Virus record (IMG/VR): IMGVR_UViG_3300027702_000001
Length of the DNA stretch: 64,000 nucleotides
DNA from: a virus
Direction: 5' to 3' (one strand)
Shown here: positions 14,226 through 22,596 of the stretch, in pieces
How the letters are laid out: each line of letters opens with the position of its first letter
How positions within the stretch are numbered: position 1 is the stretch's first letter
Position numbers and translations under genes: made by a program
Notes under the pieces: generated by a model
The model's input: only the letters and a program-made list of their open reading frames with translations
What the model was told of the DNA's origin: nothing
The model's database searches: none

Positions 14226-16391
14226 TTATGCGATTGTCTTACTTAGGGATGAGAGCATCTTCTTATTACTCCCCTTGCCTTTGTAAAGTTTCTTGAAGGC
14301 AGCACGGATCTCTTTGATTTCAGCACCGTCCTCAACATCGATGGACTCACTATCTTCTAGTGTGTTTGTAGGCATAACGTAAAGTACATCATACTCAGAC
14401 TCTGTGATCTCTACAAACTTGTCCTTACGGAACTTAGCGTGAGCAATGTCAACTCTCTTCAGAGCATTCATATAAGCAAGTTGACGAAGGTAACCTGCTG
14501 CATCACGTGCGTTAACAAGACGGAACCCGATAGTTGTTACCTCAGGGAATCTCTCCTTAAGATTCTGAAGGAAGATGTTTACTTGGTATGAAGGATTATC
14601 TTCTTTCTGATAGATCTTACCAAGTTTACGGTCACGAAGTTGGCACCTACGTCCGTATGTATTCTCGAACAACCTACCTGAGAAGAGACCGTTACGCTCA
14701 CAGAAGTAAGATGCAGGACCAGACTCACCGTCAGTCAAGACTGAGAGAGATACTTTCTGAGCACCAGTCTCTTTCTTGAACTGAGGGATGACAGAATGCA
14801 TTGCTGAGATTGCCTCAATAAGAGGTGTACCACTGAGACCTAGACCTGGAGCGTGGTTGAAACCGTAGTGACGACCATACCAGTGTCCTCTGTCGCTGCA
14901 GTTAGATGCAACGTTCCTCCAGAATGTCAAGCAAGAACGATCGAAGTCTTTCTTTTTCTTTGCTTCAGAAGAAAGCATTTCTACAAGACAGAATCCGTTA
15001 GAGAATGAGATGTCACCGTAGTTTGGAACAAAACGTTCATCCTGAGGAGACTCCTGATTGTAGAATGCATTCCAAGCGTAGGTAAATCCATAGCAACGGA
15101 ATGGGATGTTGATCTTTCTGCAGAAGTGTGCAAGTTGTAGGACTTGCTTGGCAGTATCAAACAGGCAGTTTGACATAGAACCTGACCAGTCAAGAAGGAA
15201 GATCATACCGTGGTTCTTACCATCAGGTACAACTGTTACTCTCTTGAAGATGTCATCGTTGTACTTGTACTGGTGCAATACAGTTGTGTTTAGAACACCA
15301 GTCTTAGATGTAAGTGAACGTGCATAGGAGTCTGCTGCTTTTCTGCACTCAAACTCTTTGATAAGATAGTTGATTTCTTTTTGAGACTTTTTGATGAACT
15401 CATTGTACTCAACTACAGACTTGTCAAGTTCTTCTTTCTCGTGATCAGTATCACAACCTGCCCAGTAAGACTCAGAGTGATTTACAAGTTTCTCCCAACC
15501 GACAACTAGTTTTGTAGTGTCAACAGTAGGGATCTGAATGTACTCAGAGTCATATGTATTCTCAACAAGATCCTTGACTGCATCTTGGAATTGTTGATCA
15601 GTGATTGACTCTAGAGGATCTGGAGCATCTGAACCTTCTTGTCCGTTTGCTTGCTGATCATCAGTTGGTTCTGGTTGACCTTGCTCAAAGGATGGATTGT
15701 CAATGTCTGCCTCAGGGTTTACGTCCTCTTGGAACTTTTCCTGATCAACAGGAGCATCGCTCTTCTCATCAGATGGAATCATCTCACCTTGTCCACCACC
15801 TGTAGGAGCACCCTTAGAAACTGGAACTTCCTGTGTCTGCTGCTCTTCAAGAGTCTCTTTCATATACTTGAAGATCTTAAGAGCAACGTCACACGCTTCT
15901 TGGAAAGTCTCTGCGTTACCAGTCTCATCTACAAATACTTGCTCTTCAGAAGAGAAAGGAATGTTTCTGAAGTTACCGATCTTGAAGTGAAGGTTGATAC
16001 GATCGATAAGGTTTAGTTTGTAAGCGTCAGATGCTTGGAAGAAATCTTGAGCATCTAGATCTCTGTATCCTCTGTAGAAAGTTTTTGGTAGACCTTGATA
16101 GCGTCTCTTCATCATCTTCTCGATACGTGCATCTTCTGTTACGTTGACGTATGACTGAGGACATTTGAACTGATCTGCATTCCAGTCAGCAGGAGTATAA
16201 AGTGCGTGTCCTACTTCGTGTGCTACAAGTAGATCATAGACCTGCTCAGTTGCTTTCTCCCACTGAGGAAGAGTTAGAACTCTACGCTTGACATCGAATG
16301 ATGCTGTCTCGCATTGCTTGTGCTCGATGATAAGGTCTTCAGTTGCGAGCAACTTAGCAAGTGTACCTTTGACTCCTGTGTTTACTGTCAT
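14226..16391 (-). CDS. Metallopeptidase-like + vWA domain protein (CobT-like partner), 721 aa
   Basis: AHEVGHA (HExxH) with downstream TEDARIE; acidic linker; MIDAS motifs DWSGSM, GTPL and LTDGE. Confidence 0.88.
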   Translation of the reverse strand: MTVNTGVKGTLAKLLATEDLIIEHKQCETASFDVKRRVLTLPQWEKATEQVYDLLVAHEVGHALYTPADWNADQFKCPQSYVNVTEDARIEKMMKRRYQGLPKTFYRGYRDLDAQDFFQASDAYKLNLIDRINLHFKIGNFRNIPFSSEEQVFVDETGNAETFQEACDVALKIFKYMKETLEEQQTQEVPVSKGAPTGGGQGEMIPSDEKSDAPVDQEKFQEDVNPEADIDNPSFEQGQPEPTDDQQANGQEGSDAPDPLESITDQQFQDAVKDLVENTYDSEYIQIPTVDTTKLVVGWEKLVNHSESYWAGCDTDHEKEELDKSVVEYNEFIKKSQKEINYLIKEFECRKAADSYARSLTSKTGVLNTTVLHQYKYNDDIFKRVTVVPDGKNHGMIFLLDWSGSMSNCLFDTAKQVLQLAHFCRKINIPFRCYGFTYAWNAFYNQESPQDERFVPNYGDISFSNGFCLVEMLSSEAKKKKDFDRSCLTFWRNVASNCSDRGHWYGRHYGFNHAPGLGLSGTPLIEAISAMHSVIPQFKKETGAQKVSLSVLTDGESGPASYFCERNGLFSGRLFENTYGRRCQLRDRKLGKIYQKEDNPSYQVNIFLQNLKERFPEVTTIGFRLVNARDAAGYLRQLAYMNALKRVDIAHAKFRKDKFVEITESEYDVLYVMPTNTLEDSESIDVEDGAEIKEIRAAFKKLYKGKGSNKKMLSSLSKTIA

Positions 16392-16414
16392 TTGTTTTCG
16401 TGTCTTATGTACAT

Positions 16415-16456
16415 ATTATAAAACCCCTCCAAGCGAATGGAAGGGTTAGTGTGCCA
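16415..16456 (-). promoter_or_regulatory. Putative phage promoter: TGGCACAC box, inverted repeat, TATAAT
   Basis: Minus strand reads TGGCACAC-28 nt-TATAAT. The spacer contains CCCTTCCA-6-TGGAGGGG. There is no canonical -35 at 17 bp. Confidence 0.65.
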
Positions 16457-16469
16457 GTTTGTCAACTGT

Positions 16470-17021
16470 CTACTTTGCGTTAAATGCTAAAGATACTCGT
16501 GGAAGATCTGATCGGTTCTCTGATGTTTTATGTTCCATCCAAGATGGGAATAATACTAATGTATTAGGTGTACAAGGAAAGAATCTACCTTCTTCTGTAC
16601 CCCACATTGCCATCTTAGAGTATGGATTTGGATTCATAAAAACGATACCACCCATTTGTGGTAGGGTCTCGTGATAATATACACCAGACACAACAGAGTT
16701 AGCGTGAGTATGAACTGCCTGACTGCTACCCTTCGGTAATTTATTTATCCAACTTTGAAAAATTTGTGCCTCAGGATAAACTCTTTCTAATGCAGTCGTA
16801 ATAAATCTATCAAACTCTGGCATCTTATATCGTTTGAATAATTGCAGACCGTACATACCATTGTGCGATCCTTCAACGATAGAACGTTTTGCACCTGGAG
16901 ATAAGTGCGATAGGATCTCAGGATCATTTGGTAGTGAATTTATTTCCTCTTTAATCAAATTGTTAGTATGACTAAACACATAGATCGTGCTAGGAAATAA
17001 TTCAACCCGATGAAGTTTCAA
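16470..17021 (-). CDS. Putative 2OG-Fe(II) oxygenase-like protein (TIGR02466-type); probable TTG start at 17021 (track start 17105)
   Basis: ELFPS, QSWINK, HTHANSVVSGVYY, LVLFPSWMEH and RVSLAFN. Confidence 0.88.
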   Translation of the reverse strand: MKLHRVELFPSTIYVFSHTNNLIKEEINSLPNDPEILSHLSPGAKRSIVEGSHNGMYGLQLFKRYKMPEFDRFITTALERVYPEAQIFQSWINKLPKGSSQAVHTHANSVVSGVYYHETLPQMGGIVFMNPNPYSKMAMWGTEEGRFFPCTPNTLVLFPSWMEHKTSENRSDLPRVSLAFNAK

Positions 17022-17026
17022 TGGGT

Positions 17027-17605
17027 CTAAGAAGTCCTGGGTAAATTGGGAAATCTTACTTCTCGGGTCTTCTGAGGTATTTTCAGAGTGAAACTGATGG
17101 ACCATCGTTCTTGGTTTTCATAATTTTGTCTTACTTCGTGGTCATTATAACCTGGCCAGAAGTATAAGTCACGCTCTCTTGGGATTTGACAGTGTGTGTA
17201 TGCCCAATAAGGTTGTATTCTATTTAACGTTTCGACAGAGTGTGCGGGATGATAGAAATATATGTCCCCAGTGTCACCTGGTGGGACCTTGACATAGTAA
17301 GTCCCTGCCATATCGCAATCTGCGTGGTTGTGACGCATTTGGAACCCACCTTTCGGATTGACGTTGACCCACATCTTGTCAATCTGGAGTTCTTCATCAA
17401 AAGGTTCGATATTCGAGAGTACCCAATCTGCAAACTTTGGATACACCAAATGATATTCAAAGTTAGAATGAACAGTTGAGTACCCAGTGCCATAAAAAAT
17501 ATTGGTATCTGTACAGATGTCGTCACGATGATCTAGAAGATCAAACTTCAATTCATCGTGCTTACTGTACCCATTGTTACTAGTAAAAAAGGGATGACTA
17601 AACAT
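17027..17605 (-). CDS. Putative 2OG-Fe(II) oxygenase-like protein (TIGR02466-type)
   Basis: KMWVNVNPKGG, HNHADCDMAGTYYV, LYFWPGYNDH and RWSISF. Confidence 0.88.
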   Translation of the reverse strand: MFSHPFFTSNNGYSKHDELKFDLLDHRDDICTDTNIFYGTGYSTVHSNFEYHLVYPKFADWVLSNIEPFDEELQIDKMWVNVNPKGGFQMRHNHADCDMAGTYYVKVPPGDTGDIYFYHPAHSVETLNRIQPYWAYTHCQIPRERDLYFWPGYNDHEVRQNYENQERWSISFTLKIPQKTREVRFPNLPRTS

Positions 17606-19323
17606 TATTCATAAAGGAATGATTTACTAAATCCGTTTACTTTTTCAAAACGAATTTGCTTTTCAAACTTATCTGCAAGTACCTCACCTTTATGTGAGAT
17701 TACAAAGAAGTTCGTGTCGCTACCTAGACTCTTAAGAATCTTTAAGAGTTCATCTGTTGCTTGGTTATCGAGCGATGAATCAAACACTTCGTCAAGAATG
17801 AGAAGGTTTGTCGCTACAGAGTTTTTGAGTTTCGCAACGTGTCTCCAAGTAAATAATAATGACAGATCAATCTTCTGCTTTTCGCCTTCAGAAAATGAGG
17901 CATAGGAGAACTTGTCGCGATGACGAGATTTTATCACCTCGCTAAACTCTTCGTCAAGAGTAAAATTAACGAAGGTATCCATCTCACCCAGATACTTATT
18001 AATTCTCTGGTTAATGATAGGGATATACTTAGCAATAATTTTAGACTTGATGCCACCATCCTTAAGGAGGTTGCCAACTAGTTTGTAATCCAAGGTTTCT
18101 TTAGAAACTTTAGAACAAGACTCTTCCTTCTCATCGTAAGTTTGTTGGAAGGCAACTAGTTGTTCTCTCTCCTTCTTGATGTCGGGTAATGTATTTAGAC
18201 GTTGAACGTGAGATAAGATCTCACTATTCTCTTTCATTAAATTCTTTTCTTCATTATACAAACGGCGGATCTCAAATTGATCTTCTGTAAGTTGATTTGT
18301 TTCTTTCTGAATACTAGTACAAAGTGACATAGTATCTGCAATCTGTGTGTCAAGTTCAGACACTGCAACACGCATCTCTTCGTACTTCTTCGAATAGATA
18401 GAAACCTTCATATTTCTAAACGATTCTTCAATATCCTGAGAGCAGGTAGGACAGGTCGAGTTCTTCTCAAAGAATTCTTTATCCTTGATTGACTTCTTAC
18501 CTTTGTCTTGTAGTTTAGATTTGATTTTATTTTGCTTCATCAGAATACCTTCGTGCCTCATCAACTCTTCTTGCATAGACTTGAGTCCGATGACACGAGT
18601 TTCAATGAGGGAGATCTCTTCTTTGATCACCAACATTCTATCTTCATTGTCTTTAAATTTATCCTGCTGCCTATTAATACGCTCATCATTTACTGCTGAT
18701 AACTTATCAACAGTTCTCTTCTGAGAATTAATTGCTTGTTCTGCAAGTTGTAACTGATGCTCACACTCTTTGAGTTGTTCTCTGTTATCTTTCATACGCT
18801 CCTTGAGGAGCATATTCATTTGCGAAAAGATCTGAATGTCCAGTAGATCTTCGATAACCTCTCTTCGATGAGGAGCAGATAACTGCATAAAAGGAACAAA
18901 AGTCGAACTTCCAAGTATAACAACTTGAGTGAAAGACTTGAAGTTAAGTTTAAGTATCGATTGTTCCAAGTATTTCTGGTAGTCTCGATTCGCAGCGTCT
19001 TGATCAACGAGTTCGCTATTCCTCCAAATTTCAAATACATTGGGTTTCATCCCTCGTACTACTTTGTACGAAACAGAACCAATACTAAAATCAATTTCAA
19101 CGAGGGTGTCTCTTTCGTTAATAGTATTTACCAACTGAGACTTGGACACCTTTCGGAAAGGTCTATTGAATAATCCAAAGCACAAAGCATCCAACATTGT
19201 GGACTTGCCTGCACCATTGTTACCTACAACAAGAGTTGAGGAAGTATCAATTAGATCCAGTTCGGTGAAGTTGTTGCCAGTTGATAAAAAATTTCGCCAT
19301 CTAAGTTTCTCAAAAATAATCAT
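17605..19323 (-). CDS. gp46: Recombination endonuclease ATPase subunit (Rad50/SbcC-like)
   Basis: GNNGAGKST, CPTC zinc hook, FSEGEK signature, LILDEVFD and ISH. Confidence 0.97.
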   Translation of the reverse strand: MIIFEKLRWRNFLSTGNNFTELDLIDTSSTLVVGNNGAGKSTMLDALCFGLFNRPFRKVSKSQLVNTINERDTLVEIDFSIGSVSYKVVRGMKPNVFEIWRNSELVDQDAANRDYQKYLEQSILKLNFKSFTQVVILGSSTFVPFMQLSAPHRREVIEDLLDIQIFSQMNMLLKERMKDNREQLKECEHQLQLAEQAINSQKRTVDKLSAVNDERINRQQDKFKDNEDRMLVIKEEISLIETRVIGLKSMQEELMRHEGILMKQNKIKSKLQDKGKKSIKDKEFFEKNSTCPTCSQDIEESFRNMKVSIYSKKYEEMRVAVSELDTQIADTMSLCTSIQKETNQLTEDQFEIRRLYNEEKNLMKENSEILSHVQRLNTLPDIKKEREQLVAFQQTYDEKEESCSKVSKETLDYKLVGNLLKDGGIKSKIIAKYIPIINQRINKYLGEMDTFVNFTLDEEFSEVIKSRHRDKFSYASFSEGEKQKIDLSLLFTWRHVAKLKNSVATNLLILDEVFDSSLDNQATDELLKILKSLGSDTNFFVISHKGEVLADKFEKQIRFEKVNGFSKSFLYE

Positions 19324-19604
19324 TGAAAATCTGGAGGTACCACCACTTGATCAGGTTTTACTACAACATAGTCGTAGCGATGCGCTAGGCAATTATGTAC
19401 TACGAGATCGAAATCAACCTCAAGGACATCTAGTTTACGTTTGTAATCGTTTGCCTCTAGCATTAAATTATAGCGCACAGCATCATCCTTGTCAATGAAA
19501 ATCTGCACTGCCTTGGTAAGTGGTTCCTTAGCATCTGGATTGTCAGGATCTGCTTTGTTTACAGCATACACCCCTCCGTTAGAATTATCAACAAGGATAT
19601 ACAT
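19320..19604 (-). CDS. Hypothetical protein, 94 aa
   Basis: ORF coupled to both gp47 and gp46. Confidence 0.75.
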   Translation of the reverse strand: MYILVDNSNGGVYAVNKADPDNPDAKEPLTKAVQIFIDKDDAVRYNLMLEANDYKRKLDVLEVDFDLVVHNCLAHRYDYVVVKPDQVVVPPDFQ

Positions 19605-20650
19605 TATAGGTTTAGACTCTCCACGTATAAGGACTTCAGAATGTTAACGACATTTTTCTTGTCAACAGATTCCTCCAAGTCCATAACGTAAGTCTCAAGG
19701 ATACTCATTGTATCTTCCATCTTCACGTCTTCTTTAATCTCGGGTGCATCTAGTGTAAGATCCTCAATGATTTTTAGATCTGCTACATCTGCCTGTTGAA
19801 TTGCTTTAATCATACGATCAAACCATTTCTGATTAGATCTGTTCTGAACGATTAGTTTGACGAATGCTCCTTTAAGTTCAGTGAGGTCAGGAATATCATC
19901 GTAATCGTTTCTAGAATCATCATAATATAATTTGCAGAATATGTCGTATGGATTTTTTACAAATGTTAAATTTAGTGTATCAGTATTTAGTACGTGGAAT
20001 CCACGATCCTGACCGTAATCATTCCAGTAAAGATGGTACGGATTACCGAGGTATTGAATATTGTTTTGTCTAGACTTCATATGATAATGACCAGTACACA
20101 CTAGTGGGAACTTACCATACCTCTCAGGGTTTTCTCCGTGCTCCATTATGTGACCTGGAACTGCCTCGAACCCAGATAGTTCTAGGTGTCCAAGTAGAAT
20201 GTCAGCAGTGGACTTGTCAATAATATCATCAACATCATCTTTATTGTCAGGACAAATCCAAGGCAAGAAAAGAATTTTCTTCTCACCAAATTTGAATTCT
20301 GTTGGTGACTCAATAACAGTAATATTATCATACTCACCTAGTAGATGATTAGGTGCATTCACACGTAGAGTATTCTTATAATAGATGTCGTGATTACCGA
20401 TAAGCATAATCATCGCGACACCCAACTCTTGAAGTGGATCAAACCACATTTCCTTTGCAGCATCTAGAGATGCAAAGTTGATTGACTTACGCTTATCAAA
20501 GGTATCACCCAAACAGAATACTGTTTTGATTTTATGCTTCTTAATATAAGGGATCACAGTATTCGTATAGAACTCTCTGTACTTCTCAATGAAGACAGGG
20601 TGGTCATTACGAACACCGAAGTGTTGATCAGTTATCAGAAGAACTTTCAT
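19604..20650 (-). CDS. gp47: Recombination endonuclease nuclease subunit (Mre11/SbcD-like)
   Basis: TDQHFG, LGDTFD, IGNHD and GHYH metallophosphoesterase motifs. Confidence 0.97.
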   Translation of the reverse strand: MKVLLITDQHFGVRNDHPVFIEKYREFYTNTVIPYIKKHKIKTVFCLGDTFDKRKSINFASLDAAKEMWFDPLQELGVAMIMLIGNHDIYYKNTLRVNAPNHLLGEYDNITVIESPTEFKFGEKKILFLPWICPDNKDDVDDIIDKSTADILLGHLELSGFEAVPGHIMEHGENPERYGKFPLVCTGHYHMKSRQNNIQYLGNPYHLYWNDYGQDRGFHVLNTDTLNLTFVKNPYDIFCKLYYDDSRNDYDDIPDLTELKGAFVKLIVQNRSNQKWFDRMIKAIQQADVADLKIIEDLTLDAPEIKEDVKMEDTMSILETYVMDLEESVDKKNVVNILKSLYVESLNL

Positions 20651-20882
20651 CTTTGGTTGGTTTAATAAATTCCTTTTTTTCGTAGTCGTAGTAAGGGTGT
20701 GGTTCTGAAGGTACCCAAGGTTTTTTAGATTCGTTTCCGATAACGATGAATCGATCAGCAGCGAACGTTCCTGCTAGACTAATCCTGATGTCTTCACCGT
20801 CAGTCCAATTCATTGTACCATCCTTTTTGGTATGGTTCATCAACTCTTGGATCCTGTCGATCATTTCTTGTGTCAGTTTCAT
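20628..20882 (-). CDS. Hypothetical protein, 84 aa
   Basis: ORF overlapping both neighbours in the operon. Confidence 0.7.
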   Translation of the reverse strand: MKLTQEMIDRIQELMNHTKKDGTMNWTDGEDIRISLAGTFAADRFIVIGNESKKPWVPSEPHPYYDYEKKEFIKPTKDESSSDN

Positions 20883-21550
20883 TTAAGTTTTGGGATGTCG
20901 AAGAGCATTTCGTTTATGTATTTCTCTGCAAACTCTCTGTCAAACCATTGACTTAGAACTGCGAGAGTCTTCTTGTTTTGTTTCTGGGATTTACAGTACC
21001 AGATCTGGTCATCTAATCTTAACATATTATTGACCCAGTTGTCATCCCTCTTGGATTTCCTAACGTGATCACAATAGATCATAAGGATGTTGTTGACCAA
21101 GTTAATGAAGTCCTGTTGCTCACTAGCGAGATGTAGTCTTTGAAACTTACACCAAGGAGAGAAGATCTCACCCCATAGTGGTAATGGTCTTTTGTGTGTG
21201 AAATTATATGAGTTACACAACGGTTCTATACTAGCGTAGATGTTACCGCATTCATTTACAGGTGATACATCTACAATCGCAGCAGTTACTGTCTGAGGTG
21301 TTGCAATAATATCAGCACCAAAGATAGGTATCGGGTACTCAAAGTCTGGAAAGAATACACAGTGGAGTACATCTAGTTTATCTGTCTTTGCTACTTCGAG
21401 GTGTAACTTACGAAGACCTTCGCATTTGTAGATCTCATTTTTTATGATAAGATTACCATTGACTATTTCTTCTTGATCACATTCAACTCTTTCAGCATCC
21501 AACCCTTCAATCGCCAAGCGAATGACAGTTGCAAGTTGTTCGATTAACAT
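20879..21550 (-). CDS. pcyA: Phycocyanobilin:ferredoxin oxidoreductase
   Basis: RKLHLE..LDVLHCVFFP..PIFGADI carries the PcyA catalytic E/H/D pattern; also WGEIFSP and QKQNKKT..VL..WF. Confidence 0.88.
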   Translation of the reverse strand: MLIEQLATVIRLAIEGLDAERVECDQEEIVNGNLIIKNEIYKCEGLRKLHLEVAKTDKLDVLHCVFFPDFEYPIPIFGADIIATPQTVTAAIVDVSPVNECGNIYASIEPLCNSYNFTHKRPLPLWGEIFSPWCKFQRLHLASEQQDFINLVNNILMIYCDHVRKSKRDDNWVNNMLRLDDQIWYCKSQKQNKKTLAVLSQWFDREFAEKYINEMLFDIPKLK

Positions 21551-22032
21551 TAATAACGATTGTTCATTTCAATACGGGACTTGATACTATTAAGTTGTGC
21601 AGTATCTCCGTCTCCGTCAGAATGGAATACTTGATCGAATCCACTCTTCTCAATAATTTTATCTTTAATATCCATCTGTCTTTTCTCTTTAGCAATCCTT
21701 CTTAGGAATGCATAGTAAACGATTTGAGTAAAATATGCAAAAGGATTCCTGCTTTTAGCAGGATCAAAGTTGTCAATATACTGAACACAATTCTCGATAC
21801 CATCTGAGATCATATCCTCCTTGTACATATAGTTGATAAAGTTTGGTCTATAAGAAAGGTGCGTAGCAATCTTTAGAAAGCACTCTCCAATATACTCATC
21901 AATTCTAGGTTTGGGTTTGTCACGGACTTTAGCAATTTCCACTAGGTCTCTGTATTTAACGATAGCAGCAAGAAACTTCTGGTTATCTACATAGTGCTGG
22001 TTTTTGGTTCGCCGTGCTGCCATTAACGCCAT
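21550..22032 (-). CDS. gp55: Late-transcription sigma factor
   Basis: HYVDNQKF, YIGECFLKIA.HLS.RPNF.NY, DMISDGIENC and NPFAYFTQI.YYAFLRRI.KEK. Confidence 0.97.
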   Translation of the reverse strand: MALMAARRTKNQHYVDNQKFLAAIVKYRDLVEIAKVRDKPKPRIDEYIGECFLKIATHLSYRPNFINYMYKEDMISDGIENCVQYIDNFDPAKSRNPFAYFTQIVYYAFLRRIAKEKRQMDIKDKIIEKSGFDQVFHSDGDGDTAQLNSIKSRIEMNNRY

Positions 22033-22055
22033 TGTGTTGGTTAATTCATAATGTA

Positions 22056-22084
22056 ATTGTAGCAGAGAACAGGGATGTGGTCAA
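22056..22084 (-). promoter_or_regulatory. Host sigma70-type promoter for gp55-pcyA
   Basis: TTGACC-17 bp-TACAAT on the minus strand. Confidence 0.8.
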
Positions 22085-22099
22085 TGGATATTGATGCCC

Positions 22100-22128
22100 T
22101 TGACATCCCTCTCTAAAACAATTATGAT
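22100..22128 (+). promoter_or_regulatory. Host sigma70-type promoter, divergent, pointing antisense
   Basis: TTGACA-17 bp-TATGAT on the plus strand, with no credible plus-strand gene downstream. Confidence 0.7.
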
Positions 22129-22157
22129 CAACACTGTCAGGGTTGCAAAGGATATAC

Positions 22158-22595
22158 TTAGCTATTACCGTTAAACAGTTGTTCTAATTTCTTTCTCATT
22201 TTTTCTACTTCTCCGATAAGACCCATTTCCTGAGTCAGTTCAATACTCGAATCAGGGAGATCATCGGGATGTTTTTTGAACTCTTGTTTACAAAAGAATT
22301 TGTACATCAGAACCGCGTCCGACGACATCGGCGCGATCGTAATGATTCTCTCTTCAGGAATGATAAAGAAGTCTTCATCCGAGAAGACCATCCATCTCTT
22401 GAGTCCTACTGCTACTGCTCTCTTATCTTCAATCATCTTCTCAGTGCTATGCACTTTGCCAGGGTCTTGAATGAATGCACAATAGAAACCTTTGTGCTCT
22501 TCTACTACAACAACTCTGCCAAGCAGTTCCTCTCCAGATGTAAGTTTAATACATCCGTAGAATTCTTCGTCGGGTTTGATGTAATTTAGAGACAT
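22158..22595 (-). CDS. Conserved hypothetical protein, 145 aa
   Basis: YGCIKLTSGEELLGRV motif; lies between uvsW and gp55. Confidence 0.8.
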   Translation of the reverse strand: MSLNYIKPDEEFYGCIKLTSGEELLGRVVVVEEHKGFYCAFIQDPGKVHSTEKMIEDKRAVAVGLKRWMVFSDEDFFIIPEERIITIAPMSSDAVLMYKFFCKQEFKKHPDDLPDSSIELTQEMGLIGEVEKMRKKLEQLFNGNS

Positions 22596-22596
22596 A

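Noticed and set aside
22269-22589. 106-aa plus-strand ORF downstream of the plus-strand sigma70 promoter
   Set aside because: It is fully antisense to the 145-aa gene and has no recognisable features. A non-coding antisense RNA is the simpler reading, though translation is not strictly excluded.
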